Assembly: GCA_031973615.1 (NCBI GenBank)
Contig: DALYCS010000001.1
Location: forward strand, 6,708 to 70,707
DNA: 64,000 bases
Direction of reading: 5' to 3'
From: Flavobacterium sp.
GTDB taxonomy: Bacteria > Bacteroidota > Bacteroidia > Flavobacteriales > Flavobacteriaceae
Made by a program: the position numbers and the translations under genes. A model generated the notes under the pieces. That model did no database searches. It was not told where the DNA came from and saw nothing but the letters and a program-made list of their open reading frames with translations. Shown here one piece after another: positions 30,687-38,807 of the stretch (position 1 is the first letter of the stretch; every line of letters begins with the position of its first letter).

Positions 30687-31511
30687 TTAGTTCGATAATA
30701 TAAGGCTAATAGCGGGCTCATTTATGCCTAATTTATCTGGGAATTCAGCCACTTGTTTACTCCAAATTCCATAGGCATAGGTATAAAAAAAATCGCGTAC
30801 GACATAATTATATAAGACATAGGGTTGGTACTTAGTGCCCAACTTGTTTTGTTCAATCAATAACTTTTCATACGCCACAAAAAGTCCTGTTTTTGGAAAT
30901 TCTAAATCAAATTGACTTACACTAAATTTGTGCTTCATAACTCCTTTTGTTAAAGTAACTATATAATCTTTGGTTAACAATTCTTGCCCTGGCGCACCTT
31001 TATCATCTACACTGTAAAAATGTAATTTAATAGTAGCATTATCTATTCTGCTGTCTGTAAAAATGGTTATTTCTTTAATAAAGCGGTTCTTAGCAAAGGA
31101 TTTCTCATAAGGAAAGTATTTTGCTTCTATTTTAGGACCATTATCAAAGGCTTGAAAAGTGCTGTTTTTAATTGTACCTATTTCAACTTGCTTGGTTTCT
31201 TTCTTGTTTAGAATTACCATTTCTTTTAAATCAAAAACGGTGGGATTTAATAAAACGGTTGCTGTTTGATTGGCTTTGAGTGATTTTTTTTCATATCCTA
31301 AAATCGAAAAAACAATGTTTTTATCAGATGACGTCGCTAAAGCAAAACTTCCATCCATTTCTGAAATCGTTCCAATCGTTTCGTGCTCCACCCAAATATT
31401 CACATACGGAATCGGTGCGCCTGATATGCTGTCTTTGACTACTCCACGGATTTGGGCAGTGGCATAAAACCCAAGCAAAAGCAAAACCAACAAAAGTCTT
31501 TTTTCTTGCAT
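30687..31511 (-). CDS. Secreted protein with CarboxypepD_reg-like N-terminal domain
   Basis: Signal peptide then IRGVVKDS..GAPIPYVNI...DGSF...SILGYE. Confidence 0.8.
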   Translation of the reverse strand: MQEKRLLLVLLLLGFYATAQIRGVVKDSISGAPIPYVNIWVEHETIGTISEMDGSFALATSSDKNIVFSILGYEKKSLKANQTATVLLNPTVFDLKEMVILNKKETKQVEIGTIKNSTFQAFDNGPKIEAKYFPYEKSFAKNRFIKEITIFTDSRIDNATIKLHFYSVDDKGAPGQELLTKDYIVTLTKGVMKHKFSVSQFDLEFPKTGLFVAYEKLLIEQNKLGTKYQPYVLYNYVVRDFFYTYAYGIWSKQVAEFPDKLGINEPAISLILSN

Positions 31512-31518
31512 CTTTTTT

Positions 31519-33006
31519 CTATTCGCTAGCTAATAAATCGGCAATTTTTCTATCGTTGGTCAACCTTGGTAATTTATTTTGGCCGCCTAATTTGCCCTGG
31601 GATTTCATATATTCTTGAAAGCCGTTTTGCTGTACTTTCGTAACCACAACGGTGCGCAATACATGACCCACAATCAAATCGTCATAATATACATTTTGCT
31701 TGCGCATGGCGGTGTCAATTTTTAGTGCAAACTCTTCTAGATTTTCGGGTTGATTTTCAAATTCGATCAGCCATTCATGATAAGGTAACCCTGTTTTTGG
31801 AGTTATTTGTGGTGCCACGGTAAATTCATTCACACGAACATCAGTTCCTTCCATGGCTTCTTTCAAAGCTGCTTCTACTTCTTTCCCAATCACATGCTCA
31901 CCAAAAGCCGAAATATAATGCTTGATTCGTCCCGAGACAATAACACGGTACGGTTTCAAACTAGTAAATTGAACAGTATCGCCAATATTGTATGCCCAAA
32001 GTCCGGCATTGGTAGAAATAATTAAAACATAATTAATGCCCAACTCCACTTCTCCAATCGTGTATCGCTTTGGGCTTTCGTTTAAAAATTCATCGGCTTT
32101 GATGAATTCATAAAAAATGCCAGAATTCAAGAGCAACAACATGCCTTTTTCCTTTTGGGAATCTTGATACGCAAAAAAGCCTTCAGAAGCCGGAAACAAC
32201 TCTATAGAATCGACTTTTCTGCCAATTAGATTTTCAAATTTAGCACGGTACGGTTCATAATTTACTCCGCCGTATATAAATAAATTAAAGTTTTTAAAAA
32301 TTTCGCCCACAGACTTATTTCCTTTCGCCCTGAGTTTTTCAAAATACATTTGCACCCAACTCGGAATCCCAGAAATAACCGTCATGTCTTCTGAAAAAGT
32401 TTCTGCAACAATAGCGTTTACTTTCGTCTCCCAGTCTTCTATGCAATTGGTTTCCCAACTGGGTAAGCGGTTTTTTTGAAGGTAACTCGGAATAAAATGG
32501 GCAACAATTCCTGATAATCGTCCGAGTTTGATGCCGTTTTTATCTTCCAAAATAGGGCTTCCTTGCAAGAAAATCATTTTCCCATTTACAAAGTCGGCCT
32601 TACCGGTTTCATGTATATAACTTAAAATTGCGTTTCTAGCGGCTTGAATATGAAAAGGCATCGATGCTGCCGTGAGTGGAATATATTTGGCACCCGAAGT
32701 GGTCCCTGAAGTTTTAGCAAAATAGAGCGGTTTTCCCGGCCAAAGGATATTTTCTTCTCCGTTTACCACCAAATCAACATAGGGTTTTAAACCTTCATAA
32801 TCGCGCACGGGGACGTTTTGAGCAAAATCGGTGTGGGATTTTATCGAACTAAAAAGATGATCCTTTCCAAATTTCGTTTGTGCTGCGGATTTGAGCAAGC
32901 TCGCCAACACTTTTTCCTGAGTAGCAACGGGATTGTTTGCCCACTTTTGCGTTTTAATATGAATTCTTTTGGCAAATAATTTTGCTGCAAAGGCTTTTAC
33001 AGACAT
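31519..33006 (-). CDS. GH3 family acyl-adenylate/amido synthetase
   Basis: FAKTSGTTSGAKYIP, FPASEGFF, YNIGD and GGQNKLPRL motifs. Confidence 0.92.
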   Translation of the reverse strand: MSVKAFAAKLFAKRIHIKTQKWANNPVATQEKVLASLLKSAAQTKFGKDHLFSSIKSHTDFAQNVPVRDYEGLKPYVDLVVNGEENILWPGKPLYFAKTSGTTSGAKYIPLTAASMPFHIQAARNAILSYIHETGKADFVNGKMIFLQGSPILEDKNGIKLGRLSGIVAHFIPSYLQKNRLPSWETNCIEDWETKVNAIVAETFSEDMTVISGIPSWVQMYFEKLRAKGNKSVGEIFKNFNLFIYGGVNYEPYRAKFENLIGRKVDSIELFPASEGFFAYQDSQKEKGMLLLLNSGIFYEFIKADEFLNESPKRYTIGEVELGINYVLIISTNAGLWAYNIGDTVQFTSLKPYRVIVSGRIKHYISAFGEHVIGKEVEAALKEAMEGTDVRVNEFTVAPQITPKTGLPYHEWLIEFENQPENLEEFALKIDTAMRKQNVYYDDLIVGHVLRTVVVTKVQQNGFQEYMKSQGKLGGQNKLPRLTNDRKIADLLASE

Positions 33007-33007
33007 G

Positions 33008-33877
33008 TTAATTGAAATTTATGAATTGGGTAGGATCAATCGGAAAACCATCTTTCCAAAGTTCAAACCGTAATGTGGCGTTTGTTTTTTGTGGTATCGA
33101 AGTTCCTGCTAATGCAATTACCTCGCCCGATTTTACTATATTTCCTTGTGATTTTGTAACCGATGCCGCATTTTTATACACCGACAAAATATCGTCTTTG
33201 TGGCGAATAATTACTACATAACCCGAACTGGGTGTCCAATCTGAAAAAATGATAGTACCGGCACCAATAGATTTTATAGGTGTGTTTTTACCCAAAGCTA
33301 CTGTGACCGCTAAATGTTTGTTTTTTGGACTATATTTTTCGATAATTGTACCTTGTACTGGTGCAAACAAGACAAAGCCAACTTTGGGTTGGGCCGAATC
33401 AAACACATTAAATTTATCTTCTTTTATTACCTGTTCTCGCAATTTTTTTTCATTTTCCGTAGGCACAATCGAAGCCTCATCTATACCTTCTGGGCCCAGT
33501 GCTTTTATGGAATCTTTATTCAGTTTTGCATATTCTAAATCGCCGGTTAATACTTTTTTGATGGAAGTAATATAGGCGTTGTTAATTTTTACCGATTGCT
33601 CTAAAGAATCTGATTTTATAGCCATTTCAAGGGCTTCTTGCTTTAACTTTGAAGAAGCATACCCCGGAATGTATTCGCGAAGCGGAGTAAAAGCAATGAT
33701 GTAGGTGGTTACAAAAATGATGAGAATAGCGCCCACAGATCCCACCACAAAAACATTCATCAAATTTAATTTCAATGAAAATGTTTCCTCAAATGAGTCC
33801 TCGTTCAGAATGACCAACCTCCTTTTTGTATACAATTTTTTAAGAAGTTGCTGTCTTTTTAGTTGGTAATTGGACAT
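33008..33877 (-). CDS. M23 family peptidase-like protein, probably degenerate; likely start ATG 33877
   Basis: TM + coiled coil + LytM-like fold (GYVVIIRH, VKSGEVIA, FELW..G.PIDP); the usual Zn ligands appear substituted. Confidence 0.8.
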   Translation of the reverse strand: MSNYQLKRQQLLKKLYTKRRLVILNEDSFEETFSLKLNLMNVFVVGSVGAILIIFVTTYIIAFTPLREYIPGYASSKLKQEALEMAIKSDSLEQSVKINNAYITSIKKVLTGDLEYAKLNKDSIKALGPEGIDEASIVPTENEKKLREQVIKEDKFNVFDSAQPKVGFVLFAPVQGTIIEKYSPKNKHLAVTVALGKNTPIKSIGAGTIIFSDWTPSSGYVVIIRHKDDILSVYKNAASVTKSQGNIVKSGEVIALAGTSIPQKTNATLRFELWKDGFPIDPTQFINFN

Positions 33878-34026
33878 TTTTATACACAAATTAGTATCAC
33901 AAATATACTAAATACAACCTGTTGTTACTTTAATACGTAGAATAATTCGATAAAAATTAAGGGTTTGTGAATTTCTTATTATCTTTGTAACACAATAAAC
34001 GAATAAACGTTATAAATATCTATATC

Positions 34027-34206
34027 ATGGGAAAATTAGGTCTTACCGAAATATTAGTCATTTTAGCTATTGTATTATTACTTTTTGGAGGTAAAAAAAT
34101 TCCAGAATTAATGAAAGGGTTAGGAAGTGGTATCAAAGAATTTAAAAACGCTGCGAAAGACGACCAACCGGCTAATTCTAAAAAAGAAACGGAAACGAAA
34201 GAATAA
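34027..34206 (+). CDS. tatA: Twin-arginine translocase TatA/E subunit (59 aa, not in the ORF track)
   Basis: Hand translation [40 protein letters not shown]...; TATCTTTG -7 element at 33980-33987. Confidence 0.95.
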   Translation: MGKLGLTEILVILAIVLLLFGGKKIPELMKGLGSGIKEFKNAAKDDQPANSKKETETKE

Positions 34207-34226
34207 ATTTTTTTAAATTCCAATAA

Positions 34227-34280
34227 AAAATTCCAAATACCAAATTTAAAAACTTGGTATTTGGAATTTTATTTTTTTTT
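34227..34280. terminator. Long hairpin terminator between tatA and tex, built from heptamer units
   Basis: AAAATTCCAAATACCAA...TTGGTATTTGGAATTTT (17-bp stem) followed by a T-tract. Confidence 0.75.
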
Positions 34281-34290
34281 GGTTTTTTGT

Positions 34291-36417
34291 TTATAATATC
34301 ATCGTCAACTGAATTCGTTTTCTAGCCTCATCCACCTCAACCACTTTAACCTGCACGTGCTGGTGCATTTTTACCACTTCGTTTACATCGGCAACATAGC
34401 CTTCTTTCAGTTGGGAAATATGAACCAAGCCGCTTTCTTTAATTCCTACGTCTACAAAACAACCAAAAGCAGTGATGTTGTTAACAATTCCAGGCAATAG
34501 CATGCCCGCCCTTAAATCTTTTATGGTTTTAACATTGGGGTCAAATTCAAAAACTTTAGCTGCCTTTCTGGGATCCAATCCAGGTTTTTCTAATTCTTTA
34601 ATTATATCTTTCAACGTTAATATTCCAATTTCTTGTGAACAATATTTTTCAGGTTGTATTTGGGCTATTTGTTCTTTGTTGGCAATTAATTCGGTAGTTT
34701 TGATGCCTAAATCTTTGGCCATCTTTTCTACAATTGCATACGCTTCTGGATGTACTGCCGAATTATCTAAGGGGTTTTTTCCGTCTTTAATTCGAATAAA
34801 CGCTGCGGCTTGTTGATAGGCTTTTTCACCCAATCGTGGTACTTTTTTTAATTGTTTTCGCTCTTCAAAGGGACCATTTTCAGATCGATACGCTACAATA
34901 TTTTCGGCCATTTTTTCACCTATTCCAGACACATAACTTAACAACGATTTACTGGCAGTGTTGATATTTATGCCCACAGCATTTACACAGCTCATTACGG
35001 TAATATCGAGAGCTTGTTGCAACTTGGTTTGGTCTACATCGTGCTGGTATTGTCCCACACCGATTGATTTGGGATCGATTTTTACCAATTCGGCTAAGGG
35101 GTCGGAAAGGCGGCGTCCAATAGAGACCGAGCCCCGAACGGTTACATCATAATTTGAAAATTCTTCTCGCGCAATTTTACTCGCCGAATACACCGAAGCC
35201 CCGGCCTCAGAAACTACAAAAACTTGAACGGGCCTATCAAAAGCAATCTTTTTAATAAAAAATTCCGTTTCACGAGATGCCGTTCCATTTCCAATAGAAA
35301 TAGCTTCAATGTTGTACGCATTTACCATCGAACGAATTTTTTTCAACGCCATGGTTGTATCGTTTTGAGGTGCGTGGGGATAAATGGTTTCGTTGTGTAA
35401 TAAATCGCCTTTTTCGTCCAAACAAACCACTTTACAGCCGGTTCGAAACCCCGGGTCTATGGCTAAAATTCGTTTCTCGCCTAAAGGTGGCGCCAATAAT
35501 AACTGCCGTAAATTTTCTGAAAATACAGCAATGGCTTTACTATCGGCTTTGGCTTTGGCTTCTTGCAAGGTTTCGTTTGAAATTGCAGGTTCTAACAAGC
35601 GTTTGTAACTGTCTTTAATGGCTAATTCTAGATGTGTTCTGGCCTCTGATTGTTTGTTTTTTATAGTGTTTTCAATAATGAAATCTATCGCTTCTTCTTT
35701 TTCAACCGCAACATTTAATTTTACAAAACCTTCGGATTCGGCACGCAACATGGCTAATAATCGGTGGGAAGGTGCTTTTGAAAGGGATTCTTCCCAATCA
35801 AAATACTGATTGAATTTTTGAGCAGCTTCGTCGTCTTTTTTTGTTTTTATAATCTTCGTAGATACAACCGCTTTTCGTTGGAACAAACGGCGTAAATTTT
35901 TTCGAATGTATATATTTTCATTGATCCATTCGGCAATAATATCTCGAGCACCTTGCAAAGCTTCGTCTTCATTTTTGATGTTTTCATTTAAATATGTAGC
36001 GGCTAAAAAATCCAGATCATCATTTTTTTGACTCATGATGATTTTTGCCAATGGTTCCAATCCGTTTTCACGAGCAACATCGGCTTTGGTTTTTTTCTTC
36101 TTTTTATAAGGTAAATAAAAATCTTCTAATTCTTGTAAATCAAAGCTGTTTTCAATTTTAGTTTTCAATTCGGGCGAAAGTGAATTTTGCTCTTCAATCG
36201 ATTTTAAGATGCTTTCTTTTCGCTTAACGATTTCTTCAAATTGTTTATTTAATTTTGAAATGGTTTCGATTTGTACCTCATCTAAATTGCCGGTTTGGTC
36301 TTTTCGGTATCGCGAAATAAAAGGTATGGTACAATCTTCGGAAAGTAATTGTATCGTAGCATCGATACTTTTTACAGCTATTTGAGTTTGATTGTGTATG
36401 AATTGAATGTGGTTCAT
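34291..36417 (-). CDS. tex: Tex family RNA-binding transcription accessory protein; likely start ATG 36417
   Basis: TIPFISRYRK, AIDPGFRTGCK, SEAGASVYSAS and GVGQYQHDV motifs; C-terminal S1 domain. Confidence 0.95.
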   Translation of the reverse strand: MNHIQFIHNQTQIAVKSIDATIQLLSEDCTIPFISRYRKDQTGNLDEVQIETISKLNKQFEEIVKRKESILKSIEEQNSLSPELKTKIENSFDLQELEDFYLPYKKKKKTKADVARENGLEPLAKIIMSQKNDDLDFLAATYLNENIKNEDEALQGARDIIAEWINENIYIRKNLRRLFQRKAVVSTKIIKTKKDDEAAQKFNQYFDWEESLSKAPSHRLLAMLRAESEGFVKLNVAVEKEEAIDFIIENTIKNKQSEARTHLELAIKDSYKRLLEPAISNETLQEAKAKADSKAIAVFSENLRQLLLAPPLGEKRILAIDPGFRTGCKVVCLDEKGDLLHNETIYPHAPQNDTTMALKKIRSMVNAYNIEAISIGNGTASRETEFFIKKIAFDRPVQVFVVSEAGASVYSASKIAREEFSNYDVTVRGSVSIGRRLSDPLAELVKIDPKSIGVGQYQHDVDQTKLQQALDITVMSCVNAVGININTASKSLLSYVSGIGEKMAENIVAYRSENGPFEERKQLKKVPRLGEKAYQQAAAFIRIKDGKNPLDNSAVHPEAYAIVEKMAKDLGIKTTELIANKEQIAQIQPEKYCSQEIGILTLKDIIKELEKPGLDPRKAAKVFEFDPNVKTIKDLRAGMLLPGIVNNITAFGCFVDVGIKESGLVHISQLKEGYVADVNEVVKMHQHVQVKVVEVDEARKRIQLTMIL

Positions 36418-36465
36418 GGTGGAATTAAATTTGGCCACTAAAATACTATCTTTGAATAAAAAAAA

Positions 36466-36744
36466 GTGTCTATGGAACCAATATTGTTATATTTATTATT
36501 AATAAATTTACTAACGCTATTTATTTGGGGATACGATAAACAAATGGCTAAAAAAAATAGGCAGCGTATTTCGGAAACGCGCTTATTGTTACTCGTTTTC
36601 TTAGGTGGTATTATAGGCGGTATTTTTGGAATATTTCTCTTTAGACACAAATCATCCAAACAAATTTTTTTATTAAAATTTACGGGTGTCGCTGTGCTTC
36701 AGTTGGTTATTTTACGCTTTGTATTAAGAATATTGTGGGCGTAA
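36466..36744 (+). CDS. DUF1294 small membrane protein
   Basis: WGYDKQMA, RISETRL, GG.IGG and FRHKSSK motifs. Confidence 0.85.
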   Translation: MSMEPILLYLLLINLLTLFIWGYDKQMAKKNRQRISETRLLLLVFLGGIIGGIFGIFLFRHKSSKQIFLLKFTGVAVLQLVILRFVLRILWA

Positions 36745-36751
36745 TTTCAAT

Positions 36752-37660
36752 TTAGTCCTGAACAATAAAATCTTTAGGATCTTCTTTTTTGAATTCGGGC
36801 TGAATCGTTATGTGGTTGATACCAAAATTTTGGAACAAAACCAATTCTATCCGATGCAATACCTCATCAAATTGTGTTAAAGTAAAATCTTCTGGGCAAT
36901 CCAAATGGGCTTCCAAGTGAATTTCTTCTTCGTTTAAGTGCCACACATGTATGTGGTGTAACTTACCGGCACCAGATACTTTGTGTACCTCTCTCACAAT
37001 TTCTTTGATATCTATGTGTTCTGGTGTAAAAAGCATCAACATTTTGGTTGCTTTTAATATTAAATCATAACCAACCACAATTAAGTAAATAGCAATTAAG
37101 ATAGTCATTACGCTATCGACCCAATACCAACCATATAACTTCATCAATAATCCGCCAACCAATACTGCAATGGAAGCCATCATATCGGTTAGCAAATGCA
37201 AGTAGGCTGATTTCATGTTTAAATTATGATCAGCGTCTTTTTTTAATAAAATAACCGACAAACCATTGACTACAATACCCAGTGTGGCCAACCAAATCAC
37301 TAAATTGGATTTAATTTCGTGTGGGTTTATAAAACGTTCAATGGCACCATAAATTAAGATAAAAGCCACAATAATTAAAGTAGCCGCATTTATAAATGCT
37401 GCTATTAATTCGGCTCTTTTTAATCCAAAAGTTTGATCAATAGAAGCTTTTCGTCTGGATAATTTGTTAGCTACTAAACTAAATACTAAAGAAAGTACGT
37501 CCGAAAAATTATGGAGTGCATCCGAAATTAAAGCTAAACTGCCTGAGATAATGCCGCCGACAACTTGCGCTATTGTAATTAGTAAATTCAATAATATGGA
37601 ATAGACTAAGTTTTTAGCTTTTACTTCGTGTTTCTCTATGTGAACGTGATCGTGGATCAT
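36752..37660 (-). CDS. Cation diffusion facilitator (CzcD/ZitB-like) transporter; likely start ATG 37660
   Basis: SLALISDALHNFSD, SAYLHLLTD and HHIHVW motifs. Confidence 0.93.
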   Translation of the reverse strand: MIHDHVHIEKHEVKAKNLVYSILLNLLITIAQVVGGIISGSLALISDALHNFSDVLSLVFSLVANKLSRRKASIDQTFGLKRAELIAAFINAATLIIVAFILIYGAIERFINPHEIKSNLVIWLATLGIVVNGLSVILLKKDADHNLNMKSAYLHLLTDMMASIAVLVGGLLMKLYGWYWVDSVMTILIAIYLIVVGYDLILKATKMLMLFTPEHIDIKEIVREVHKVSGAGKLHHIHVWHLNEEEIHLEAHLDCPEDFTLTQFDEVLHRIELVLFQNFGINHITIQPEFKKEDPKDFIVQD

Positions 37661-37668
37661 TACTAGTC

Positions 37669-38100
37669 TTATTTGCAAGCAATTTTATGGACACGGTTGG
37701 CGTGTCTACCCCCTTCAAATGGTGTGTTTAAAAACGTATCCACCATTTCAATTGCCTGTTGAATGGATGTATATCTTGCAGGGATACTGATAATATTTGC
37801 ATCGTTATGTTGGCGTGCAAGTGCTGCAATTTCTTTTGTCCAACACAAAGCAGCGCGAATATCTTGATGTTTGTTTACTGTCATAGCTATTCCATTTCCG
37901 GAACCACAAATAACAATTCCTAAATCAGCTTTTTTACTTTCAACATCATACGCAACGGGATGACCAAAATCGGGATAATCTACACTTTCAAAAGAATCGG
38001 TGCCATGGTTGTAAATAGTGTGTCCTTTTTCTTCTAAAAATTGAACAATTGCTTTTTTGTATTCGGGACCAGCATGGTCGTTTCCAATAGATATTTTCAT
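37669..38100 (-). CDS. rpiB: Ribose 5-phosphate isomerase B
   Basis: NDHAG, DYPD, ICGSGNG, ARQHNDAN and FEGGRH motifs. Confidence 0.97.
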   Translation of the reverse strand: MKISIGNDHAGPEYKKAIVQFLEEKGHTIYNHGTDSFESVDYPDFGHPVAYDVESKKADLGIVICGSGNGIAMTVNKHQDIRAALCWTKEIAALARQHNDANIISIPARYTSIQQAIEMVDTFLNTPFEGGRHANRVHKIACK

Positions 38101-38807
38101 GATTGTGTGTTGTTTATTTTTACAAAATTACTAAAGTTACTTCTAGTTATTACGTGCGGCTTTTATTTTTTGATGTTTTTACAACCAAAGTGTTTGTTTT
38201 CAAAGAATTATATAAGAAAATTAAGTAAAACATATGGAATGTTAATTGTTTTTTTTAATTCGTTGATAATCAGTTAATCTTAATTTAACAACTACTGTTA
38301 ACAACTTTGGATAGAAAATAAAAACTTTTTTAGACAGGTGTTAAAATTATTTGTAATCCAAAATGGAAATTTAAAAAGCAAGATAAGTTTTACTTTTTTA
38401 TGGATAATTTATCACCATTTATTTCTTGTTTATTAACAAAATTACAGTGTAAAAGTTATTTACAAAAAGCATAGTAAGAACATTAAAAACAGTTGTTGAT
38501 AATCTGTTTTTATTTTTATTTTTATAGCTAAAATTCAAGGTGTTATAGGATATAATTTATGTTAATTAAATTGTATAAGTAGTTATAACTTAAAACAAAC
38601 TTATTTTTACAAAAACTTATACTAACTATTAACACACTATAATCATCATCATAAATTTAAATTTAATTAAAAATATTTTTTGTTGTTTTTAATAATTGTT
38701 GAAAACTTCAATATATTCAAATTTGTTATTTTTTGGTTAATTATGATTTCTGATTTCTAAATTTTAAATTCTTCTTCGTAACTTTCAACATTATTAGAAA
38801 AGATACA
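38101..38807. other. Probable chromosomal replication origin (oriC)
   Basis: Longest gene-free stretch, very AT-rich; many DnaA-box-like 9-mers; tandem boxes + ATN trinucleotide run + pure A/T tract at 38617-38681; gene orientation flips across it; parS sites 15-17 kb away. Confidence 0.72.

Noticed and set aside
34020..34223. 67-aa minus-strand ORF
   Set aside because: Antisense to the real tatA
38041..38277. 78-aa ORF entering the rpiB-rnr gap
   Set aside because: Overlaps rpiB in antisense; low-complexity F/L/I/K composition expected from AT-rich non-coding DNA
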